DNA from: Callorhinchus milii
Taxonomy: Eukaryota
Direction of reading: 5' to 3'
Length of the DNA stretch: 64,000 bases
NCBI RefSeq assembly: GCF_018977255.1
Contig: NW_024704743.1
Coordinates: forward strand, 6,822,001 to 6,886,000
Below the pieces are notes generated by a model. The model did not search any database and was not told the origin of the DNA. It saw only the letters and a list, made by a program, of their open reading frames with translations. Made by a program: the position numbers and the translations under genes. This document shows positions 28,027 to 37,792 of this stretch, one piece after another (position 1 is the stretch's first letter; each line of letters starts with the position of its first letter).

Positions 28027-28803
28027 ACAACAATAACAACAAGATTACATTTGTATAGTGCCTTTCACGTCGGGAAGACGTCCCAGTGGGGTCTGGGGGG
28101 GGGGGGAAGAAGGGAGGGGAGGGGAGGGGAAGGAGGGTGGCCGGTGGCATTGTCGAAGAGGAGGGTCTTGAGGCGGGACTTGAAGGAGGCTAAGGAGGGG
28201 GCGAGGCGGAGTGATTGGGGGATGGAATTCCAGAGATTGGGGGCAGAGTGGATAAAGGCTCTCCTGCCAATGGTGGGGAGGGTGGGTCGGGGGACATGGA
28301 GCAGGCCGGAGCCGGCTGAGCGGAGGGAGCGGGCGGGTTGGTAGGGGGTTAGGAGGTCGCAGAGGTAGGGGGGGCGTGGCCATTGAGGGCTTTGTAGGTG
28401 AGGATCAGGATCTTGAACTGGATCCTCTGAAGGATTAGGGAACCAATGGAGTCGGGTGAGAATGGGGTAGATGGGGTCACGGAGTTTGGTGCGGGAGAGA
28501 ACACGGGCTGCAGAGTACTGGATTATCTGCAGCCTATGGAGGGAGGAGTTGGGAAGGCCGATAAGCAGGGAGTTGGCATAGTTGAGCCTGGAGGTGATGA
28601 AGGCATGAACAAGAGTTTCAGCGGCCTGAGGAGCGGTAGTGGCGGAGTCAGGCGATGTTATGTAGGTGAGGGAAGGTAGAGCGGGTCATGGCTTGGAAGT
28701 GGGGAAGAAAAGACAGTTGAGGATCAAACAAGACACCTAGGTTCCTGACTGGCTGGTGAGTTGAAGTGTGCAACCATGGAGGTTGTTGCTGCCAGAGCCT
28801 GAG
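28027..28803 (-). mobile_element. 5'-truncated L2 LINE
   Basis: Antisense NLGVLFDPQL, AFITSRLNYANSLL and FKILILTYKAL; (TTG)n tail at the left end. Confidence 0.92.
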
Positions 28804-29223
28804 ACTGCATAATTGTACTCAAACACGCACATATCCTAATTTTCCCCACACAAACATACACGTGCTTGCACAACAATATTCACTTATAAATAGTTACTGC
28901 ACTTAGCAGTATATTCTGTGAAACGTTTTGAGATTGAACGTGAAAGGCGCTATATCAAATGAAATGGTAATTATGTGTCTAGTTTCTTTTACTCAGATTT
29001 TCATCAGCATTATTACAGCAAGACACAGGACTATTGCCACAAATCAGCAGCTCAGCAACAAGATGAGGTAAACTGAGGATGATCACCAGACGAATAAAAA
29101 GAGGAGGTTGTGAGATTTGGGGCAGGTGGAATACTTACAACTTACTAATGGCTGTTCGAGCCACATTCACTCCGTGACATGAAGGGTGCTATAATAATAA
29201 TCTTTGCATTTGGTATAGCGCCT

Positions 29224-29540
29224 TAATAATAATAATAATCCTTGCATTTGATATAGCGCTTTTCACGTCAGGAGGACGTCCCAAAGGGCTTCACAGAATA
29301 GACTGTAAAGTGAATTGACTGTATATTTGTGGGCGAACGCGGCAGCCAATTGCGCACAGCAATGTCCCACAAACAGTCGTAGATTGAAAATGACCAATTT
29401 ATTATTGTTTTGTTTTGGAGGGATTATTATTAGGCGTGTGGAGTAAGGAAACTTGCCCAAGGTTTTGCGCTGCCTGGAATTGAACTCAGGTCTCTCACTT
29501 GCAAAACGAGTGCTCTAACCACTGAGCTACAGGACTCCAC
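29224..29540 (-). mobile_element. Young tRNA-Ala-headed SINE (short subfamily)
   Basis: Nearly identical to 24832-25161; inserted into the tail of an older SINE. Confidence 0.95.
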
Positions 29541-29590
29541 ATTATCAAGTCTTTGAGATATCTCAAAGCACTTCACAGAATATATTATAA

Positions 29591-30780
29591 CAACAACAAA
29601 ATTACATTTGTACAGCACCTTTCATGTCGGGAGGATGTATAAAAGTGCTGGGTAATCAGTGTTTCGGACCTGAGCTGGGGGTTGGGATCAGGGAGGATGC
29701 AGGGCGGGTGGGTGGGGGGGGGGGGGGAGAAGAAAGGAGGGTGACCGAAGGCACAACAACAACAACAAAACTACATTTATAGAGCGCCTTTCACGTTGGG
29801 AGGACGTCCCAGGGCACTGAACAGTCAGGGGTGAGGAACTGAGCATGAGGGAGGGGAGGCGTAGGGGTGAGGGAAGACAGAGAGGTGGGTGGGCGACTGA
29901 AGACATGATCGATGAGGAAGGTCTTGAGATCGTCCTTGAAGGAAGCAAGAGAGGAAGCGAGGCGAAGGGACTGTGGGATGGAGTTCCAGAGTGGGGGCAG
30001 AGAGGCTGAAAGCTCGGCCACCTATGGAAGGGCGCGAGACATGGAGCAGGCCGGAGTCCGCTGAACAGAGGGAGCGGCCAGGTTGGTAGGGAGTCAGCAG
30101 GTCAGAGAGGTAGGAGGGGACAAGGCCATGTGAGGACAAGGATCTTGAATTCAATCCTCTAAGGGATGGGGAGCCAGTGGAGTCGGGCGAGGGTGGGAGT
30201 GATGGGGTCACGGAACCTGGTGCGTGAGAGTACACGAGCTGCAGAGTTTTGGATGATCTGCAGCTTGTGAAGAGAAGAGTTGGGAAGGCCGATGAGGAAG
30301 GAGTTTCTGTAATCGAGCCTTGATGTGACGAATGCATGGGTGAGGGTTGCTGCAGCCTGAGGGTTGAGGCAGTGACGGAGTCTGGCAATGTTGCGCAGGT
30401 GGTGGTAGGCAGTGCCGGTCATTGGTGGATGTGGGGGAGAAAGGACAGTTCAGGGTCAAACAAGACACCCAGGTTCCTGACTGGCTTAGTGAGGTTGAGT
30501 GTGCAGCCGTGGAGGCTGATGCTGCCAGCGCCTGAGGTGCGGAGGCGCTGGCAAGAGCCGATCAGGAGGGCCTCGGTCTTGCTGACGTTCAGTTGGCACA
30601 GTCGAAGAGGAGGGCATTGAGGCAGGTCTTGAAGGAGGCAGGGAGGGGGTGAGGCGGAGGGACTGTGGGATGGATTTCCAGAGGGTTGGGGCAGAGTGGC
30701 AGACAGTGGGGTGAGCAAGGTGGGGGGCATGAAGCAGGCTGGAGCCCGCAGAGCAGAGGGTTAGGTTGGTTGGGGGTTAG
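29591..30780 (-). mobile_element. L2 3' fragment (outer), split by a second L2
   Basis: Flanked by ATTATAA direct repeats (29584-29590, 30781-30787); its two halves rejoin as gaccgaaggcaca|gtcgaagagg. Confidence 0.85.
29756..30594 (-). mobile_element. L2 LINE (inner), nested in another L2
   Basis: [13 protein letters not shown]...VRNLGVLFDPELSF...AFVTSRLDYRNS; flanked by GGCACA repeats (29750-29755, 30595-30600). Confidence 0.93.
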
Positions 30781-31020
30781 ATTATAAAGTTGATCGACTA
30801 TGTACTTTGTGGGTGAAACGCGGCAGTCAATTGCACACAGCAGTGTCCACAGTATTATCCAAACAGTCGTGGATTGAGTGGCTACATAGTTTATTGGAGG
30901 GATTATTAATCTCAGAAAGCAATCTGCAATCGACTAACAGCTGGGTTCCTACTTACTGCTAGGTAAGCAGAGTCGTGTGGAGTAAGTAAACTTGCCTAAG
31001 GTTTTGCCCTGCCCAGAAAT
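30781..31020 (-). mobile_element. 5' portion of a long-subfamily SINE whose 3' part lies at 29191-29590
   Basis: Continues the SINE consensus across the nested L2 insertions. Confidence 0.82.
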
Positions 31021-31979
31021 CAAAACCTTAATATATAAATACAGGTTGTTCATACTGAAGCATTTAAAAGGGAATTGGATAAATACTTGAGGGGAAAAAA
31101 ATTGTATGTGGAAAGAACAGGGAGATGAGAATAGAATAAAGAGTTCCAATAGGGAATCAAGCACTGACAGCGGTACACAAGACAGAATGCAAAATTCTGA
31201 AGGGTAATATTCTGTGATGAAACATGAACTTATACTTCATCGAACATCAAATAGAGTCCATTGTTGCACAATGTTGCTTTTGTTTTATCATTCCACTGCT
31301 CAGATATTATAGTTTTGCCCAGACAGTGCTGTTAAGCACTTTGGGACACCAGAAGAATAAAAAGAGGAGGTTGTGAGAATTTTTTTTACACATGGGGCTG
31401 GTGGAATACTTAATACTTACTACTGGCTGTTTGAGCCACAGTCACTCCGAGACGTGAAGAGCGCTATAATAATAATAATCCTTGCATTTGATATAGCGCC
31501 TTATCGAGCCTTTGAGACGTATCAAAGCATTTTACAGAATATATTATAACAAGAATAACAAAATTACATTTATATAGCGCCTTTCACATCGGGCGTAAGT
31601 CCCAAGGCGCTGGACAATCAGTGCTGGTTGTTTGTTTCATCCCTTAGTGAAAGGCATTATATATGAATGAAAATTTGTATTGTACGTTGTAATTTTAAAA
31701 AAATGTGGTCAGCTAGGTGTTCGACACACAAAGAAACCTATCACCACGCTTTGAGAGTATCCAAATAAATGGAGCCATTTAACCTCCGAAGAGACCCTGC
31801 TGATCTCCACCTACCCCCTAACTCCCATGGAAGATAAAATAATGAAAGGGATCTTGTCCTTCTGGGGTGCCCTGAAGGTCCAACACAAGGGCGCTATATA
31901 AATGCAAGTTGTTGTTCTGCGATGGTTCTCACCCCTTTTGTGTAACCCGCAAAGGTCGGTTACGCAAAGTGTACTAGGT

Positions 31980-32334
31980 ACCCTGTTTTCAGTTCTATCT
32001 CTGTAAGTGCAAATCCCTACTCTTGTGGAACTTCACTATTCAGAGCAACACAACGACAGATATTCTCAATTGGCTTACTCCCCATGCAATTGAGATGCTT
32101 TCCCCAGTGCCTTATCAGGCACTACCAGGCCACTGAGTCCAGCAACTGCATGTTTTGGGTATTTCCCTACCTCCCTCGTTAAGAATTTAAGAGACTTGAA
32201 GACACTACTTTCTTTAGCGCATTTTTAATTAATCAATTTGTCATTTGCACCTTTCCAGAACTCTCTGGGTGATATGGGATGTGCAAGTTATGTTTGATAT
32301 CCAAATTCTGGGTCACTGACTTTATAATGTCTGC
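31980..32334 (-). pseudogene. Integrase catalytic-core C-terminal fragment
   Basis: ADIIKSVTQNLDIKHNLHIPYHPESSGKVQMTN*LIKNALKK resembles the PYHPQSSGKVERxN-IK--L-K motif around the catalytic E of DDE integrases. Confidence 0.8.
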
Positions 32335-32745
32335 CTCTAATTTGTTAAGGTGTTCATTCGGACTATCGTCTGCCCAAAAAATGTCATCAACATAACAAGT
32401 TACCCTGGTATCCCAATCATGGTTTGCTGGGTGCACTCATTGAAAATAATAGCAGGGCTGTTTTTCCAGCCCTGGGACATTCTGTTCCATTCAAATTGCT
32501 GACCACAAAATGTAAATGCCGTTTTCCACCTATCCTCCTTTGCTAAAGGAACACTCCAGAACTCATTAGTTAAATCTGGGTTAGTCTTATGTTTCCCCTT
32601 CGGAAGATTATCTAAGTCTCCGCTTAAATGGGTACTTTGCCCTGCTGCCCTCTCAGTCACATTGTTTAACTGTATGAGATCGATTACCAATCGCCAAGAC
32701 CCGTTAGGTTTCCGAACCGGCAAAAGAGGTGAATTTGTTTCAGAT
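32335..32745 (-). pseudogene. Retroviral reverse transcriptase fragment (fingers/palm to YVDD)
   Basis: ORFs 32400..32723 and 32233..32436 give the RT motifs, with one frameshift between NSPA and YVDD. Confidence 0.9.
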
Positions 32746-33329
32746 TCACATTTGTAAAATTATCTGTCTTAACTTCTAATTACTTGATAATTTTTTAAAA
32801 ATCTGCAATTGAATTGCTTGGAAGAGAATAGGTTTATGTTTTTCCCTGCGTATCCTAACCTTGCACTGAATTAAACCATAATCTAATTTATGGATGGCCA
32901 TGCTGCATCTAAAACCCTGCAGCACTCTCCAGAGCGTGTCTGCATTTAATTGCGTACGAGCGACCTGCTTTTGTTTTCATCTCCATGCATGCTGCAAATG
33001 ATAACGTCATGGCGATCTGCCTTTCTCAAGAAATCACATCCTAGTATCACGTTCTCCGTGATTTCTTTTGGATTAACTGCCACTTTCATTTTTACAAATT
33101 CAGATTGCTCAACATCCTCAATCTCTGCTAAATGTTCATATATTTAGAGATGAGATCTCCCCCATCTCCCTGCACAATTAGTTTTTTCTGCTGCTCTTTA
33201 GGCTCCGCCCCCACTACACTGGTTTAAAACTGTTACCCACGTGTTATCCACTAATGCATTATACTTCTTACTGCATATAATGAAAGGAATGTGGCGACGA
33301 CTAATAAAAGTTTACACCCAACGAAGTAT

Positions 33330-35144
33330 TGCCTGTCCTAACAAGTACCAATAGGTGGCTGCTTGCGAATTGTATCGGTCCTGTTGATCAAACTCCCGGC
33401 TGAAAATAAAATCTCCTCAATAGGGTTGCCCCGCAGCAAAAAAATCCCATTTTTACTCCCTGTGCATGCAGGTGCTGAGATTACCCTTATGATCCTGCCA
33501 TCTATTGTTATCCTCAAAGAAATGTTCAGAATAATAAAAACGATAACGCTTTTCAGCGTGTTTGACAACTAATTCCCATTGCTCTGGCTGGAGGGGATTG
33601 TCGTCAACCACAACAAAATTACATGTATAGTGCGCCTTTCACGTCGGGAGGAGCAAGTACAAAACCTCTCCTCTCAGGCGGCATCACCATCACCATCAGA
33701 AACATTTCTCCCCAAAGCTCCTTAGAAAATAATTCAGTAATTTTGGAAGCAAGGACACTGGGGTGCCCCTTTGCTAACGCCCTGAACTGATCAATTTACT
33801 CCGGAAGCCCTTTCTCCCTTATGATGGTGCGTTTAATCTTGCTGAACGCCGTAACTAAATCATACCACTCAGGGTTTATTAAATCTTTCCATCTTCTATT
33901 AATTACGGATTGCAGATATATCTGCACAGCCACTTTATTAGGCAAAGTAACTAAATTCGCAAAGGAAATATTAGAAGTTAACTAATATCTATATCCTTGA
34001 TTTCAGGCAATGTGACTGTTAAAGATTTCAGCCCCAATATGCTTTCAACATGGGTATGAATGTCCACCTGCACTTCATTACCACTTGCCACATGGGTTTT
34101 TCCCCACATGCAATTAACACCCATTGTTAGACGATTTAACTGCTCAGTTATTAAAACTCTGTCCCTGAGCTCGTTTTATAACTCTTGTATTTGAGTCAGC
34201 TGCGCTGCCTCATTTATTTTTAATTGTCTTTTAATACTCCCCGCCCATGGAAGTTGATCAGTCAACCTCTTTACCTCTGCTTGAGTTTCCCTCAAGGATG
34301 ACTTAAGATTATTTACAATAGCCTCATATCTCTCAGTAATAATGAAATGTGGAGTCCTGTAGCTCAGTGGTTAGAGCACTTGCTTTGCAAGTGAGAGACC
34401 TGAGTTCAATTCCAGGCAGAGGGCGAAACCTTGGGCAAGTTTCCTTACTCCACACAGAGCCTAATAATAATCCCTCCAAAACCAAAAACAATAATAAATT
34501 GGTCATTTTCAATCTACGACTGTTTGTGGGACATTGCTGTGCGCAATTGGCTGCCGCGTTCGCCCACAAATATACAGTCAATTCACTTTACAGTCTATTC
34601 TGTGAAGCGCTTTGGGACGTCCTCCCGACGTGAAAAGCGCTATATCAAATGCAAGGATTATTATTATTATTATTATAATGTTGTGGCTCTGGCACTTTAG
34701 CTAGAGTCCTTGCTATTTCTCTGTATTTTTTGGTTAATTGTAACCCAGGTAACAGCACTGTTGCCAGAGAAAAAAATTGCTGCTCCCAATTGCCACTTTT
34801 AGAGGAAGACTGTTTAAATGCAGAATCGGATCTGCTCTTATCTTGGATCAGCCAACTATCAGTCGCTCCTCGGTTCCCTCACTCAGTCTTTCCCCAGGTC
34901 CTGAGCTGACTGAGTATTTTGAGAAATTTCCTTCCCAATTGCACTCTGTGACTTCCTCGCATTCAGTCTCCACACCGAACCCCTCACAATCCCTTTCGCT
35001 GTTGGTACGCCTAGCGTACATTGAATCAGAAATGCTCCTTGCGGCTAGTTTTAAAGTTTTTATCTCCTCAACCACCTCCATTCTGAGACTTTGAGTATCG
35101 AGATTCACATAGACAAAGTAATCTGTTTCCCCCATCGGAATCAT
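33330..35144 (-). pseudogene. gag-like remnant interrupted by a SINE (34349-34676) and a short L2 3' tail (about 33607-33653)
   Basis: Removing the SINE restores a frame ...KKYREIARTLAKVPEPQH|FIITERYEAIVNNLKSSLRETQAEVKRLTDQL...; position upstream of the protease fits gag; no CCHC knuckle seen. Confidence 0.6.
34349..34676 (+). mobile_element. Young tRNA-Ala-headed SINE inserted in the ERV gag region
   Basis: About 7 differences from the reverse complement of 24832-25161 by eye; AAT/AATGT duplication at the ends. Confidence 0.95.
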
Positions 35145-35585
35145 GTAGGTTCAATGTTTTTTTTGCACAAACTGGAACCTACATTGTCTTATTCAGGGGT
35201 TGCTATGTGTTGATTTAAATGGGCATTTCGCATTGTAGCATCGTTGCAACGCTATTTTTGTGGAAAGTCAAATTATACCCTTATACACTATTTCCTGTAC
35301 GATTAAGATGATTCTTTTAAATATTGAAATTTTGGTTTAGATATCTAGTATAGTTTAATTGTTGATGTCAAATGGAGGAGCATTGTTAGTGAGAATCACC
35401 AGTAACTGGGAATGTGTTCGATGGCTTTAAAACACTCAAGGGGTTTAGATAAGAAGAGTACAGTTTACATTATCCAAATCTAGAGAATGTGCTCGATATG
35501 AACATAATTATCTATTCATTCAAGATGGGCTTAAATTTTCGTGGTGGTTGTCAAGGGCAGGGTGTACTAGATTGCACTGGCATCA

Positions 35586-35913
35586 GTGGAGTCCTGTAGC
35601 TCAGTGGTTAGAGCACTCGCTTTGTAAGTGAGAGACCTGGGTTCAATTCCAGACAGGGCGAAACCTTGGGCAAGTTTCCTTACTCCACACGCCTAATAAT
35701 AATCCCTCCAAAACCCAAACAATAATAAATTGGTCATTTTCAATCTACGACTGTTTGTGGGACATTGCTGTGCGCAATTGGCTGCCGCGTTCGCCCACAG
35801 ATATACAGTCAATTCACTTTACAGTGTGTTCTGTGAAGCGCTTTGGGACGTCCTCCCGACGTGAAAAGCGCTATATCAAATGCAAGGATTATTATTATTA
35901 TTATTATTATTAT
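35586..35913 (+). mobile_element. Young tRNA-Ala-headed SINE (short subfamily)
   Basis: Same head, core and tail; possible ATCA target-site duplication. Confidence 0.95.
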
Positions 35914-37510
35914 CATGCTTTCTCATGCAATAACCCTTACTTTCTCCTTAGTTACAAGATTTCAGAACATTTATTCGGGTACATTGAACCACTTTTATAA
36001 ATAGACAGCACAAGAATGTTGTTCTTAGGAGGAACTGGCTTTCGGCGATTTGGAATTGTTTGCAAGTTTCCCTCTCCAGCCCCACACTCCTCCAGTACTC
36101 AAAACCATACATGTTAGCAGCTTGAAAACATGCCAGAAGTCAAATTAAGTGGAGTAAAGATTGCAGCATCCAAGGCCACATCATATTGGCCACGTACATT
36201 ATCATTGCACTGCGGCACTCACGGCTGACGTAGTACCTTCCACGTATATTGCATAATTTAATAATAATGTTGGGGACCACCGAGCAGCGAGAAGGGAGTT
36301 GGGGACGTTGACCAAAAGAATCAACGTAAAGTTTTTTTTAAAAAAAGCAGAGCGTTTTGAAGGCAGGGAGTGAGGAAGTGAAAAGTCAAGAAGTTAGTAA
36401 ATTAGTGCAGATCTCAATCCAAGGAGCAGCGTAGTGTGACTTCATGATACAGTGCAGAGAGAAATCAGTGCCAATTTTCACACATGAATTTTATTTTGGA
36501 ATGCCTGATGTAGCAGAATACAGTAAAACAGTCTAGCACTAGCAAAATTATTTACTGCAGGATGGTTTTCACCGTTCTGTCCGTGCCAGTTGCCTGCAGT
36601 ATGTAAACCACAGCACATATATTTATTAACACATTTGGTTCCAATAACTCACCTATCATAATCGCTGTCAATAAGAATCATTTTATTTAAAACTCTCTTC
36701 TGGACCCAATCAGTGGCATTTGATCACTCAACTATGCACTCCTGATTATACTGAGCAATGACAGGTCTGCCAATTTGTACAACAAGAAGCCAACAACACA
36801 AGCCAGACCACGGATCAGATAGAAAGACAAATGTATATTTAAAAAAATACAAACTGCTGGATGGATCCAGGACAGGTATTTGGATTGAAGCTTTTAATGT
36901 TTAAGGCAGAATCAGATATTCCATTTCTGCTCAGCAAAATGCACGTCTAAACAAAAAATAAAAGTGTGTATGTGTGTGGGTGTGTGTGGGGAGAGAGAGG
37001 GGCAGGCAGGGGTCTAAAGGATGGACTGTGCAGTCTATAGGATGGACAAGCCTGCGGAGTAGAGTGATGGATGCTTTTATGACTCCATAAAGAGAACATC
37101 AGTGAAAAGGAATGCTTCAGGGAACACTCTTAAAAAAATGTGACCCCAAGCTGCATCAGTGGAACGTTTCTTACCACAATATTTAAGGTTTTTCTGTGAT
37201 GTAAATTATCACCTCCCACCCCTTCCCCAAGTTGCCTGGTTTCTCTATTAGGCCAATGTACTGACAGCATTAAAAAAAAGCACAATTCTGAAGAACAGCA
37301 TCCTTTCCAAATGACGAATTTATTAAATAAACACACCGCAGCTTGGTGCACTCGGCTTTCATGTACACCCTTGATAGGAGGCACAAGACAAGAAAGAGGG
37401 AGACCACTAAGCCTGTCCCATGAGTTTATTATAGGCACATCTTTTAATTCCATTTCCCATCTTTTCGCCATATCCCTTCATACCCTTTTCTTCCAAGCAT
37501 CTAGATTGGA

Positions 37511-37792
37511 AGAGGCGTGTGGAGTTTCCTTACTCTACTCGCCTCTGTTTACCTAGCAGTAAGTAAAAACCCGGTTGTTAGTCGATTAGTGGATTGCTTT
37601 TCGGGGGTAATAATCCCTCCAAAAATAAATAAATAAAATAGGTCACTCAATCCAAGACAGTTTGTGGAAAATTGCTGCCAAGTTTTGCCTACAAAATATA
37701 CAGTCGATTCACTTAGTATATTCTGTGAAGTGTTTTGAGACGCCTCGACAATGCATAAGGCGCTATATCAAATGTAAGGATTATTATTATAT
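37511..37792 (+). mobile_element. 5'-truncated long-subfamily SINE
   Basis: GCCTCTGTTTACCTAGCAGTAAGT...GGTTGTTAGTCGATT... through to the tail. Confidence 0.85.

Larger units (their letters stand above)
31704..35150 (-). mobile_element. Degraded, internally deleted endogenous retrovirus-like element (gag-pro-RT/IN remnant) with foamy/spuma-like RT
   Basis: Colinear on the minus strand: coiled-coil/helical gag-like frames (about 35150-33330), protease remnants (ALVD at 33257-33246, VILGCDFL at 33050-33027), RT (NSPLLPVRKPNGSWRLVID...DLTNEFWSVPL...KTAFTF...QGWKNSPA...YVDD) and integrase (HIPYHPESSGKV). Multiple stops and frameshifts; both outer boundaries uncertain. Confidence 0.85.

Noticed and set aside
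29084..31625. Direct repeats as the LTR pair of a retroelement
   Set aside because: The repeats are composites of SINE and L2 tails without TG...CA ends, PBS or PPT; better explained as a local duplication.
34349..34425. tRNA-Ala(TGC) gene
   Set aside because: No proper acceptor stem; it is the head of a multicopy SINE.
35143..35184. 10-bp perfect inverted repeat (ATGTAGGTTC/GAACCTACAT) at the ERV 5' edge
   Set aside because: Short enough to be chance; no PBS or LTR context to support a packaging-signal role.
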